Source: Candidatus Binatia bacterium
GTDB lineage: Bacteria; Desulfobacterota; Binatia; UBA9968; JAJDTQ01
Assembly: GCA_963666515.2 (NCBI GenBank)
Contig: OY762897.2
Coordinates: 1,568,001 to 1,632,000, forward strand
DNA: 64,000 nucleotides
Direction: 5' to 3'
Numbering within the stretch: position 1 is the first letter of the stretch; each line of letters opens with the position of its first letter. The position numbers and the translations under genes were made by a program. Below the pieces are notes generated by a model. It was not told where the DNA came from. It was given only the letters and a program-made list of their open reading frames with translations, and ran no database searches. This document shows, one piece after another, positions 9,318 through 18,954 of the stretch.

Positions 9318-10745
9318 TTACATCGCCGCCTGCCGCCGCGGCGCGCGGACCTCGACCTGCCGTCCGGTCGAAGGGAATATCTTGTTGGGGTTGCAACGGT
9401 CCTCGGGATCGAACACGGCGCGCACGTCCTCCATGACGCTCAGGTCGTCAGGCGTGAAGATCAGCGGCATCAGCGCCACCTTTTCCACCCCGATGCCGTG
9501 CTCGCCGGTGAGGCTGCCGCCCAGGGCCACGCATTCCCGGAGGATCTCGCGGCCCGCGGCCACCACCCGCTCGGTCTCGTCCCGGTCCCGCTCGTCGTAG
9601 AGGAGAATCGGATGGATGTTCCCGTCGCCCGCGTGGAAGACATTGCCGATCCTGAGATCGTATGCGTCGCCGATGGCCTCGATGCGCTGCATGATCTCCG
9701 GCAGCCGGTTGGGCGGCACCACGCCGTCCTGGCAGCAATAGTTGGGAGCCAGGCGTCCGAGGGCCCCGAAGGCCCGCTTGCGGCACTTCCACAGCGCTTC
9801 CCGCTCTGCGTCGTCCCGGGCGACCCGTATCCCGGTGGCGCCGTTAGCCTCGCAGACCTCGCGGATGCGAGCGGCGGCGCCGTCGAGACCGGCCTCCGGC
9901 CCGTCCAGCTCCACGATCAGCACCGCGCCGGCGTCCCGAGGGAAACCGAAGTGGAAAGCATCCTCCACCGCCTGGATGATGAGCCGGTCCAGCATCTCCA
10001 GGGCCGCGGGAACGACGCCGCTGGCGACGATGCCGGCCACCGCGGCGCTGCCGTCGGCAACGGAATCGAAAATCGCGAGCAGGGTCTTGTAGCCCTGGGG
10101 CAAGGGACAGAGCCTGAGAATCGCCTCGGTGACGATGCCGAAGGTACCCTCCGAGCCGACGGTGACGCCGAGGAGGTCGTATCCCGGCGTGTCCTCGGTC
10201 ATGCCGCCGAGATGGACCACCTCGCCGTCCGGCAACACCAGCGTGACGCCGAGCACGTGGTTGGTGGTGACGCCGTACTTGAGCGTGTGGGGACCGCCGG
10301 AGTTCTCGGCCACGTTGCCGCCGATGGAGCAGGCCATCTGGCTCGAAGGGTCCGGCACGTAGTGAAGGCCGTGGGGCCTGGCCGCCCGGCTGACCCAGGC
10401 GTTGATCACGCCGCTCTCCACCACGGCTCGCCGGTTGGCCGGATCCAGCTCCAGGATACGGTTCATGCGGGTGAGGCTGACCATCACCGGCGCTCCCAGC
10501 GGCAGGCAGCCGCCGCTCAGGCCGGTGCCGGTGCCGCGGGGGACGAACGGAACGCCTTCGGCGTTGAGCAGCTTCAGGACCGCCGCCACCTCGTCGGTGG
10601 AACGCGGCAGCACCACCACGTCGGGGATCGACTTCTCCAGCGTGTACCCGTCGCAATCGTAGACGCTCAACTCGGTGGCATGAGAAACCACGCCGTCGCC
10701 GCCCACGACGTTCCGCAAGGAGCTTTGCAGCCCTTCGGTGATCAT
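9318..10745 (-). CDS. glcD: Glycolate oxidase subunit (FAD-linked oxidase)
   Basis: PRGTGTGLSGG, PDPSSQ, HAGDGNIHP, GEHGIG motifs. Confidence 0.92.
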   Translation of the reverse strand: MITEGLQSSLRNVVGGDGVVSHATELSVYDCDGYTLEKSIPDVVVLPRSTDEVAAVLKLLNAEGVPFVPRGTGTGLSGGCLPLGAPVMVSLTRMNRILELDPANRRAVVESGVINAWVSRAARPHGLHYVPDPSSQMACSIGGNVAENSGGPHTLKYGVTTNHVLGVTLVLPDGEVVHLGGMTEDTPGYDLLGVTVGSEGTFGIVTEAILRLCPLPQGYKTLLAIFDSVADGSAAVAGIVASGVVPAALEMLDRLIIQAVEDAFHFGFPRDAGAVLIVELDGPEAGLDGAAARIREVCEANGATGIRVARDDAEREALWKCRKRAFGALGRLAPNYCCQDGVVPPNRLPEIMQRIEAIGDAYDLRIGNVFHAGDGNIHPILLYDERDRDETERVVAAGREILRECVALGGSLTGEHGIGVEKVALMPLIFTPDDLSVMEDVRAVFDPEDRCNPNKIFPSTGRQVEVRAPRRQAAM

Positions 10746-10748
10746 ATG

Positions 10749-11252
10749 TCAGCCGCCGTAGAAGACCTTCTCCCCCAAGTCCTTCATGATGAGCGTGGCG
10801 TCGTCGGCGCGTCCCTCGATCTCGCCCCGCACGCCCGCTTCCACCACCTCGCCGATGAAGACGGAGTGGTCGCCCTTCTCCACCGTCTCCACGAGCTTGC
10901 ACTCGACGTAGGCCGGGGTGCTGGCCAGCACCGGAGCCCCGGTCGCCCCGGCGGTGAACGCCTCGCCGCCGATGGTGTCGCCTTCCCGCTCCAGAGACTT
11001 GAAGAAGGCGAATGCCTGCCCTTGCTGCCCCTTGCCCAGCACGTTCAGGGCGAAGCTGCCGGATTCCTTGATGATCTCGTGCGCACCCGAGTCCGCCTTG
11101 ACCCCCACCACCACCAGAGGCGGCGCGAAGGATGCCTGGGTCACCCAGTTCACGGTGGCCGCGGCCACCCGGCCGTCCTTGGCCTCACTGGTGAGGACGT
11201 ACAGTCCATAGGGGATCATGCGAAGCGCGGTCTTCTTGGCATCGGCGTCCAT
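10749..11252 (-). CDS. Flavin reductase-like FMN-binding protein
   Basis: IPYGLYVLT, WVTQASFAPP, GDHSVFIGEV. Confidence 0.9.
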   Translation of the reverse strand: MDADAKKTALRMIPYGLYVLTSEAKDGRVAAATVNWVTQASFAPPLVVVGVKADSGAHEIIKESGSFALNVLGKGQQGQAFAFFKSLEREGDTIGGEAFTAGATGAPVLASTPAYVECKLVETVEKGDHSVFIGEVVEAGVRGEIEGRADDATLIMKDLGEKVFYGG

Positions 11253-11365
11253 TCGTTCCTCCTCTTGAATTTCCGATTGTCGTTTGAACCGACCGCAAAG
11301 TTAGCAATTCCGGTGGAAGCCGTAAAGATGTTTGCCCTGGGGAAGTCAAAGCCAAACACACGCGG

Positions 11366-11416
11366 TTGACAATTAGACGGTTAAGGTTGACAATAGGGAG
11401 AGCATAAATTGACAAA
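11366..11416 (+). promoter_or_regulatory. Three phased TTGACAA direct repeats (putative operator/-35 boxes)
   Basis: TTGACAA at 11366, 11387 and 11409 (spacing 21 and 22 bp), just upstream of the 11431 gene. Confidence 0.6.
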
Positions 11417-11430
11417 AGGGGAAACCGACT

Positions 11431-12477
11431 GTGGCAGTTTCACGCGAACGGGGCCGAGTGATACGCGACTTCATCCTCACGCACGTCCACGCCCATCCGG
11501 AAAACATTGCGCAGGTCTGCGCAGACCACTTTGGCGTCTCACGGCAAGCGGTCAACAAGCATCTCCGTCGTCTTCTTGCCGATGGACTCTTGACCGCCCA
11601 GGGCGCGACGCGCAATCGCCGCTACTCCCTCTCGGTATTGGACCACAGGGACATCGTCGTTGCACTTGCCGACGGGACCGACGAGGATACGGTTTGGCGG
11701 AGGGAGGTCGAGCCGCTTCTTTCGGATTTACCCCGAAACACACGGGAGGTTTGGCAATACGGCTTTACCGAGATGCTCAACAACGCAATCGATCACTCGT
11801 CGGGAACAAGCGTGCGAATAATGGTCTCGCGGACGCCCGTTGGCGCAAAAATCAATCTGATCGACGATGGTGAGGGCATTTTCCGCAAGATCACCAGAGA
11901 ACTTCAACTTGACGACGAGCGGCATGCCGTACTCGAACTGGCAAAGGGCAAACTGACCACAGACCCCGATAACCACACGGGCGAAGGGATTTTCTTTACC
12001 TCACGACTGTTCGACGAGTTCAACATCCTTTCCCGGGAGGTCTTCTTCTCACACGACAGCGCTACCCAAGAGGATTGGATTCAGGAAACCCGGACGATTT
12101 CCAACGGCGCCGAATTCCGGGGCACGTTGGTGGTCCTCGAACTGAACAACGACACGGACAGAACGCTCAAGGAAGTCTTCGACGAATATACCGCCGATGG
12201 AGACTACGGGTTTTCCAAGACCGTCGTGCCTGTCAGTTTGGTCCGTTACGGTGACGAAGCCTTGATATCTCGCTCGCAAGCCAAACGGCTGTTGACCCGA
12301 TTTGACAGGTTCAAGAGGGTCATCCTGGACTTCAAGGGTGTCGAGCAGATCGGACAAGCGTTCGCGGACGAGGTGTTTCGTGTGTTTCCGCGATCACACC
12401 CCAATGTCGAGCTCGTCCCGTTCAACGCGAGCCCGGACGTTGAAGCGATGATTCGACGCGCTCGAAACGTGACCTGA
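11431..12477 (+). CDS. HTH - HATPase - STAS-like (DUF4325) regulator
   Basis: N-terminal HTH (FGVSRQAVNKHLRRL), N-box EMLNNAIDHS, DDGEGI, HTGEGIFF, C-terminal SRSQAKR...LDFKGVEQIGQAFADEVF. Confidence 0.85.
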   Translation: MAVSRERGRVIRDFILTHVHAHPENIAQVCADHFGVSRQAVNKHLRRLLADGLLTAQGATRNRRYSLSVLDHRDIVVALADGTDEDTVWRREVEPLLSDLPRNTREVWQYGFTEMLNNAIDHSSGTSVRIMVSRTPVGAKINLIDDGEGIFRKITRELQLDDERHAVLELAKGKLTTDPDNHTGEGIFFTSRLFDEFNILSREVFFSHDSATQEDWIQETRTISNGAEFRGTLVVLELNNDTDRTLKEVFDEYTADGDYGFSKTVVPVSLVRYGDEALISRSQAKRLLTRFDRFKRVILDFKGVEQIGQAFADEVFRVFPRSHPNVELVPFNASPDVEAMIRRARNVT

Positions 12478-12600
12478 CCCGAAACGAACCCGCGCTGACA
12501 CTCGATCCGGAACTCAAGCAACCGAGGGCCGAGACGCGGGAAACCGTGCCAATGTCCAAGGGTTTCTGGTAAATTCAAAACTCGATAGACCGACGAATCC

Positions 12601-13557
12601 ATGCGACCCAAGGTTCACATAGACGGCCACGTGGGCACCACGGGGCTGCGCATCCGCGACTGGCTCGCGGGGCGTCGAGACATCGAGCTTTCCACGCTGG
12701 ACGAGGCCAAGCGGAAGGACGACGCGGCGCGGCGCGCGGCCATCGAGGCGGCGGACCTGACGGTGCTGTGCCTGCCGGACGACGCCGCCCGAGAGGCTGC
12801 ATTGTGGGCTGGAGAATCCGGAACCCGCGTCATCGACGCCAGCACGGCGCACCGGGTCGCGGATGGGTGGACCTACGGGCTGCCGGAGCTCGATGCGGCG
12901 CGGCGCGGCGCCATCCGCGATGCCCGCTTCGTAGCCAACCCCGGTTGCTATCCCTCGGCCTTCATCCTGTTGACGCGGCCACTGGTGGACGCCGGGCTGC
13001 TGCCCCACGACACGCCGGTCTCGATCCACGCTCTGTCGGGCTATTCCGGCGGCGGACGGGGATTGATCGAGAAATGGGAGAGCGCCGAGAACGGGCTGGG
13101 CTCGCTACCTTACGAAGCGCCCTATGCCTTAGGCGCCCGGCACAAGCACATCCCCGAGATGATCGCCTACAGCGGCCTCACCACCGAGCCGCAGTTCGTG
13201 CCTGCGGTGGGACCGTTCCGTTGCGGAATGCGGGTGGAGGTGCCGATTCCTCTAGGCATGTTGCCCATGGGCGGCACCAGTTCGGCAATCCTGGAGTGTC
13301 TGCGGGAGCGCTACGACGGCGAGCCCTTCGTCCGGGTGGTCCATCATCCGGAACCGCGGAAGGCCGATGAGCGCAGCTTCGATCCGCAGGCTTGCAATGA
13401 CACCAACTCCATGGAGTTGCACGTGGTGCCCCATCCTTCGGGCCACACGCTGCTGGTGGCCCTCCTCGACAACCTGGGCAAAGGCGCCAGCGGCGTCGCC
13501 ATCCAGAACCTGAACCTCATGCTGGGGCTGCCGGAGACCGCACACCTGCCGGAGTGA
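12601..13557 (+). CDS. argC: N-acetyl-gamma-glutamyl-phosphate reductase (type 2)
   Basis: IDGHVGTTGL, DASTAHR, ANPGCY, DNLGKGASG. Confidence 0.95.
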   Translation: MRPKVHIDGHVGTTGLRIRDWLAGRRDIELSTLDEAKRKDDAARRAAIEAADLTVLCLPDDAAREAALWAGESGTRVIDASTAHRVADGWTYGLPELDAARRGAIRDARFVANPGCYPSAFILLTRPLVDAGLLPHDTPVSIHALSGYSGGGRGLIEKWESAENGLGSLPYEAPYALGARHKHIPEMIAYSGLTTEPQFVPAVGPFRCGMRVEVPIPLGMLPMGGTSSAILECLRERYDGEPFVRVVHHPEPRKADERSFDPQACNDTNSMELHVVPHPSGHTLLVALLDNLGKGASGVAIQNLNLMLGLPETAHLPE

Positions 13558-13572
13558 CCCCGCCTCGCCGCT

Positions 13573-13602
13573 CCTGGATTCCGGCTTCCGCCGGAATGAC
13601 GG
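13573..13602. repeat. Intergenic palindromic repeat (GGAATGAC class)
   Basis: CCTGGATTCCGGCTTCCGCCGGAATGACGG; 29/30 identical to 36600-36629. Confidence 0.75.
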
Positions 13603-13657
13603 TTGCGACGTATTATGGCGTATTTCGCCTCGCAGCCCCGTCTGTGGAACTCGCTTC

Positions 13658-14401
13658 CTACTCCATCACGCCCTGCCAGATCAGCTTGGCCTCCACCACG
13701 ACAATGATGGTCACAATGACGCGATTGAACCATGCCTTGCTGATGTAGGGGGTCACCCGCATGCCCAAGGGCAGGAATACGGCGATGGGGACCAGCGCGA
13801 GAATACCTTGGCCGAGAAGCTGCCAGTCGAACAGGCCCGCAGCCACGACGAAAAGGAAATGCGCCGTCGTGAGCCCGAGGAACATGGTCGAAGCCGCAAA
13901 GATGTATCCTTCCTTCTCCAGGCCGAAGGCGCGTACCCACGCCGCCACCACCGCGCTGGACATGCCGGCCGCACCCTGGGAGACGCCGGCCGCGGCGGCG
14001 ATGACCGGCGAGAGCACGCGGCCGGACCGGCCGGCAAAACGCAACTCGATCCCGAACGCCAGCAGCACCAGGTAGGCGCCCACGCAAACCGCCAGCACCA
14101 GGGTCAGCATGCGCTCGTCCGCGGTGGCCAGGAACCAGGTTCCGCCGGCGACCCCCAAGGCGCCCGTCATGGTGGCGAAGGCAAGTCCCGGCACGGTGTG
14201 GAACCTGGTGCGGTAGGACCACATCACCCAAAAGTTGCTCACCATGTTGGGGATGGTGATGACGATAATGGCCTGCTGCGCGCCCAGGAATCCCGCCATG
14301 ATGGGGACGGCGATGAGCGGGAGGCCCATGCCCGTCGCTCCCTTCGAGAACGCACCGGCGCCCAGGGCTACGAAGATGATGAGCAAGGTATCGAGGTGCA
14401 T
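13658..14401 (-). CDS. TauE/SafE sulfite-exporter-family membrane protein
   Basis: GAFSKGATGMGLPLIAVP motif; about 8 hydrophobic segments. Confidence 0.85.
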   Translation of the reverse strand: MHLDTLLIIFVALGAGAFSKGATGMGLPLIAVPIMAGFLGAQQAIIVITIPNMVSNFWVMWSYRTRFHTVPGLAFATMTGALGVAGGTWFLATADERMLTLVLAVCVGAYLVLLAFGIELRFAGRSGRVLSPVIAAAAGVSQGAAGMSSAVVAAWVRAFGLEKEGYIFAASTMFLGLTTAHFLFVVAAGLFDWQLLGQGILALVPIAVFLPLGMRVTPYISKAWFNRVIVTIIVVVEAKLIWQGVME

Positions 14402-14605
14402 GTCAGCAAATGGGTGTCAGGAACCGGTTTCCGGGTCAAGCCCGGATTGACGGGCGTGCCTCTTGAATGACGGGTCGGACACCACGCTGGACGGGCTCCA
14501 TGGGCTCTTGCACTCGGAACTTCAACCGGAGTAATGTGCGGGCGTGTCAAGCTCGGGCGGAATCAAGGGCTTATCAAACGAATCGGCAACAAGGAGGATT
14601 TGACC

Positions 14606-16183
14606 ATGTTGAACGCTTCGAAAAGGCTCCTGCTGTTCCTGTTTCTCGCGCTTCCGTTGGCTCTGGGCACGCCGGCTCTCGCGGCCGACACCGGCAAGAC
14701 GCTCCGGTACGCCGCCGGAAGCTTTGGCGAGGAATCCATGGATCCCACCCGCACTTCCATCAGCGCTTCGCTGGGGCTGGTGGGTCCGCTGTGGGACTGG
14801 CTCACGGAGATCGACGCCGCCGGCAAGCTCACGCCGGGGCTGGCGCTGAGCTGGAAGGCCGGGGAGGACGGAAAATCCTGGACCTTCAAGCTGCGGCCCG
14901 GGGTCAAGTTTCACGACGGCAGCGAGATGACCGCCGAGGACGTGCAGTTCACGCTGATGGAGGGGTTCCGCCGGCCCAAGGCCAAGGCGTCCCGGGTGCG
15001 GCAGTTCCGCAAGGGCATCAAGGACGTGCAGGTGGTGGACCGCCACACGGTGACGGTGGTCACGGCGAAACCGTGGCCCACCTTTCCCTATGACATGTCC
15101 TTTCAGCCCGGCATCGAGGGCATCGTGCTCCCCAAAGCCTACATCGAGAAGGTCGGCTGGGACGGCTTCGCTCAGAAGCCCGTGGGCACCGGGCCCTGGA
15201 AGTTCGTCAAGCACGAGGTCGGCAACTTCATCGAGTTCGAGGCCGTCAAGGACCACTGGCGCCAGTCGCCGAACTTCGACCGCCTGCGCACCGTGCTGGT
15301 GAAGGAAGCGGCCACACGCGTGGCGATGCTGAAGACCGGACAGGTGGACGTGGCGCGTATCTCGCTGGACGAGGTTCAGGACGTGACCAAGGCCGGTCTC
15401 AAGATCGCCGAGGACCCCCAGCCCACGTCGGTGCGCATCCATCTCTACGCCACCTACTATGACAAGGCCGGTCCGGTGAAGGACGTGCGCGTGCGCCAGG
15501 CCCTGAACCTGGCGGTCAACAGGCAGGAGATCGTGGACACGCTGCTGCACGGCAAGGGCAAGCCGGCGGCGGTGTTCCCAAGCTCCCCCATCTCCATCGG
15601 CTATCCCACGGACCTGAAGCCGTACCCCTATGACCCGGCCAAGGCCAAGAAGCTGCTGGCGGAAGCGGGCTATCCCAACGGCTTCTCCATCAAGCTGTTC
15701 GCGCTGCCCACCGGCGGCTTCACGCAGTACCTCCAGCTTGCCGAGATCGTGGCGGGGTACTGGGAAGCCATCGGAGTCAAGACCAGCATCGTCCCCACCG
15801 ACATCGGGGCGTTCCGTCCGCTCTACATCGCCAACCCGCAGTCTCCCAAGATCGTGGGGCAGGCCGGCACCTTCGCCACCACCGGACGGCTCAACGGCTC
15901 CGACAGCCTGCGCATCTGGTGGTCGGCAAAGGGCAGGATCATCAAGATGGCCAACACCGTGGACGACATCGCCGCCAAAGCCGCGGGCGAAGCCACCATC
16001 GACGGCATCGCGGCCCAGGTGAGGAAGGCCTACACGATACTCCACAACGAGTACCGCGGCGTGCCCATCGCCGACGTCAAGGGCATCCTGTGGGGCTACG
16101 GGAACCAGGTGAAGGACATCCAGTTGCGGCCCCACCGGGGCTACATCGAGCCCAGCCTGGTGACCGCCGCTCCGGCCAAGTAG
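14606..16183 (+). CDS. ABC transporter substrate-binding protein, family 5 (Dpp/Opp)
   Basis: AAGGAGG RBS, signal peptide, TFKLRPGVKFHDG, PVGTGPW, RVRQALNLAVNR. Confidence 0.92.
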   Translation: MLNASKRLLLFLFLALPLALGTPALAADTGKTLRYAAGSFGEESMDPTRTSISASLGLVGPLWDWLTEIDAAGKLTPGLALSWKAGEDGKSWTFKLRPGVKFHDGSEMTAEDVQFTLMEGFRRPKAKASRVRQFRKGIKDVQVVDRHTVTVVTAKPWPTFPYDMSFQPGIEGIVLPKAYIEKVGWDGFAQKPVGTGPWKFVKHEVGNFIEFEAVKDHWRQSPNFDRLRTVLVKEAATRVAMLKTGQVDVARISLDEVQDVTKAGLKIAEDPQPTSVRIHLYATYYDKAGPVKDVRVRQALNLAVNRQEIVDTLLHGKGKPAAVFPSSPISIGYPTDLKPYPYDPAKAKKLLAEAGYPNGFSIKLFALPTGGFTQYLQLAEIVAGYWEAIGVKTSIVPTDIGAFRPLYIANPQSPKIVGQAGTFATTGRLNGSDSLRIWWSAKGRIIKMANTVDDIAAKAAGEATIDGIAAQVRKAYTILHNEYRGVPIADVKGILWGYGNQVKDIQLRPHRGYIEPSLVTAAPAK

Positions 16184-16273
16184 CCGAGCGCGACAGCTAC
16201 GGCAGGCGGCCCGTGCCACACGGATCTCCGGTGATTCGAGCGGTACGGGCCGCCCACCTCCCAACCAGTTTCC

Positions 16274-17197
16274 ATGCAACGCTACATCGCCGGCAGGCTG
16301 ATCCAGTGCCTCGTGACGTTGCTGCTGATCAGCCTGCTGGTGTTCGCCCTGGCGCGGCTCACCGGCAACCCGCTGGACGTGATGATGCCCATCGACGCCT
16401 CGGCCGAGCTGCAGGAGGAGATGAGCCGGGAACTTGGGCTGGACCAGCCCATGTACGTCCAGTACGCGCGGTTCGTGCAGAGCCTGCTGTACGCCGACCT
16501 GGGCACCTCGATACGGACTCGCAAGCCGGTTGCGGAGCTGATCGGCCAGAGGCTTCCCAACACCCTGAAGCTCGTAACCTTCTCCACGGCGATGGCCCTG
16601 CTCATAGCCCTGCCGCTGGGGGTCATCGCGGCCACGCGGAAAGGCGGATTATGGGACGTGGGGGCGCGCACCGTGGCGCTGTTCGGCCAGTCCGTGCCCA
16701 CCTTCTGGGCCGGCATCGTGCTGATATCCATCTTCGCGGTCAACCTCGACGTCCTGCCGGCCGGGCGCAAGGAAGGCATCGAGTCGTACGTGCTGCCGGC
16801 CGTGACCCTGGGCCTTTTCGGCTTCATGCTTGCGGGGGTGGTGCGGCTCCTGCGCGGCTCCATGCTGGACGTGCTGGACAGCGAGTACGTCAAGTTCGCG
16901 CGCATGAAGGGGCTGGCCGAATCGGTGGTGACCTGGAAGCACGCGTTAAAAAACGCGCTGATCCCGGTGGTGACCTTCGTCGGCTTTTACTTCGGCATCC
17001 TCATGGCTGGAAGCGTGGTGGTGGAGACCGTGTTCGCCTGGCCGGGCATCGGACGCCTGGCCTTCGAGGCGGTCCAGTGGCGCGACTACCCGGTGATCCA
17101 GGGCGTGGTGCTGCTGGTGTCCACCATCATCCTGGCGGCCAATCTCGTGGTGGACATCCTGTACGCCTACATCGATCCGCGTATTCGCTATGGCTGA
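16274..17197 (+). CDS. Dpp/Opp ABC permease (DppB-like)
   Basis: EAA motif FARMKGL, HALKNA, VETVFAWPGIG. Confidence 0.93.
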   Translation: MQRYIAGRLIQCLVTLLLISLLVFALARLTGNPLDVMMPIDASAELQEEMSRELGLDQPMYVQYARFVQSLLYADLGTSIRTRKPVAELIGQRLPNTLKLVTFSTAMALLIALPLGVIAATRKGGLWDVGARTVALFGQSVPTFWAGIVLISIFAVNLDVLPAGRKEGIESYVLPAVTLGLFGFMLAGVVRLLRGSMLDVLDSEYVKFARMKGLAESVVTWKHALKNALIPVVTFVGFYFGILMAGSVVVETVFAWPGIGRLAFEAVQWRDYPVIQGVVLLVSTIILAANLVVDILYAYIDPRIRYG

Positions 17198-18101
17198 CTC
17201 CGACATCACCGCGACCGCGGACACCGGCGTGGCCGTCCCTGCGAGCGATCTTCCCGGATCGTTGCGCGCCCGCGCGCGCAGGCTGCTGATCGTCCCCTTG
17301 CTGATCCTCGTCACCTTCGGCGGCCTCGGGCTGCTAGCCGACGTGGTGGCCCCGTACCCCCCCAACAAGATCGCGTTGAGGGCACGCCTGCTGCCGCCGG
17401 CGTGGCAGGAGGGAGGCCGGCTGGCCCATCCGCTGGGCACCGACCGGCTTGGCCGTGACATGACCAGCCGCATCATCCATGGCGCGCGGGTGTCCATCGC
17501 CGCGGGCCTGGCGGCCGTGGCCGTGGGCGGCGTCATCGGCACCCTGCTGGGGCTTATCTCAGGCTACTTCGGACGCTGGATCGACACCCTCATCATGCGC
17601 ACCACCGACGCCATGCTGTCGCTTCCCATCATACTCATCGCGCTGCTGTTCGCGGTGGTGTTCGGCCCGAGCTTTCGGAACCTCATCGTAGTTCTCGGGC
17701 TGGTGATGTGGGCGAGGTTCGCCCGGTTGGTGCGCGGCGAGGTGCTGACCTGGAAGGAGCGGGAGTTCGTCGCCCTGGCCCGGGTGGCGGGCTGCTCGTC
17801 GTTCCGCATCCTCCAGCGCCACATCTTTCCCAACATCGTCAACCCGCTGGTGGTGCTGGCGACGCTTCAGGTGGGCTGGGTCATCATCGTGGAGGCTTCG
17901 CTGAGCTTCCTGGGCGCGGGGATTCCGCCGCCGACGCCTTCCTGGGGCGCCATGATCGCGGACGGCCGCTCGCACATCACCACGGCATGGTGGCTGTCGT
18001 TCTTCCCCGGTGTGGCGCTGGTGCTGGTGGTGCTCTCCATCAACCTGCTGGGAGACTGGCTGCGTGACTTCCTCGACCCCAGGACCCGGAACCTGACGTG
18101 A
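17190..18101 (+). CDS. Dpp/Opp ABC permease (DppC-like)
   Basis: HPLGTDRLGRD, HIFPN, EASLSFLG. Confidence 0.93.
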   Translation: MADSDITATADTGVAVPASDLPGSLRARARRLLIVPLLILVTFGGLGLLADVVAPYPPNKIALRARLLPPAWQEGGRLAHPLGTDRLGRDMTSRIIHGARVSIAAGLAAVAVGGVIGTLLGLISGYFGRWIDTLIMRTTDAMLSLPIILIALLFAVVFGPSFRNLIVVLGLVMWARFARLVRGEVLTWKEREFVALARVAGCSSFRILQRHIFPNIVNPLVVLATLQVGWVIIVEASLSFLGAGIPPPTPSWGAMIADGRSHITTAWWLSFFPGVALVLVVLSINLLGDWLRDFLDPRTRNLT

Positions 18102-18214
18102 AAGCGGCCGCCGGACGTTGCCTTCGACCACCTGGGGTCCGGCGTCACAAACCTGTGGACTTTCACCCGTCGATGTGTGACACGACATCACACGCCACTT
18201 GAGGAGGCCTTGCC

Positions 18215-18931
18215 ATGTACGGATATCGCGCCCGAATCGGCTACACGTCCCCGCCCTACCTGACGGAGACCTTCCCCTACGAGTTCTACAAGATGGTCCC
18301 GGAGGGCGTGACGCTCGTCCTCACCACCCTGGCCATCAAGAAGCTCACGGAGCAGGAGACGACCCGAAGCGTCGAGATGACCCTGGAGGCGGCGCGCGAA
18401 ATGGGCAAGGCCGGCGTCGACATCATGGTTTTCGGCGGCGTCCCGCTCAACCTGTCCCTGGGCTACGAAGGACTCGATGAGACCCTGCGCAAGACCGAGG
18501 AGGAGATCGGCATCCCGGTCACCTCCAGCATCACCGCACAGGTGAACGCGCTGCGCGCCGTGGGCGCCGACAAACTGGTGCTCCTCCACCCCTTCTCCGA
18601 CCCCGAGGGCTTCCACGCCGAGTACGTCACCCACTACGGCTTCGACCTGCTGGGCTTCAGAGGCGCCCAGAAGACCGTGGCAGACCTCGCCACCATCTCG
18701 CAGGACGAGGTGAAGGCGCTCGCCGAAGCCCTCTACCGCGACCACCCCGATGCCGACACCATCTACATCCCCGCGCCCCACTGGGGCATCATCGAGCTCA
18801 TCGACCCGCTGGAGCAGGAACTCGGCGTCAACGTCATCATCGCCATTCAGGCCATCGTCTGGGAGACCCTGCGCCGCACCGGCGTGAACGACAAGATCAA
18901 CGGGTACGGGCGGCTGCTGCAGGAGCACTGA
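18215..18931 (+). CDS. Maleate isomerase/arylmalonate decarboxylase (Asp/Glu racemase) family protein lacking both catalytic Cys
   Basis: RARIGYTSP start, IPVTSSITA; FGGVP and IPAPHW stand where the family has its Cys motifs. Confidence 0.75.
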   Translation: MYGYRARIGYTSPPYLTETFPYEFYKMVPEGVTLVLTTLAIKKLTEQETTRSVEMTLEAAREMGKAGVDIMVFGGVPLNLSLGYEGLDETLRKTEEEIGIPVTSSITAQVNALRAVGADKLVLLHPFSDPEGFHAEYVTHYGFDLLGFRGAQKTVADLATISQDEVKALAEALYRDHPDADTIYIPAPHWGIIELIDPLEQELGVNVIIAIQAIVWETLRRTGVNDKINGYGRLLQEH

Positions 18932-18954
18932 CGCGGCGAAGAACCTCACTCACT

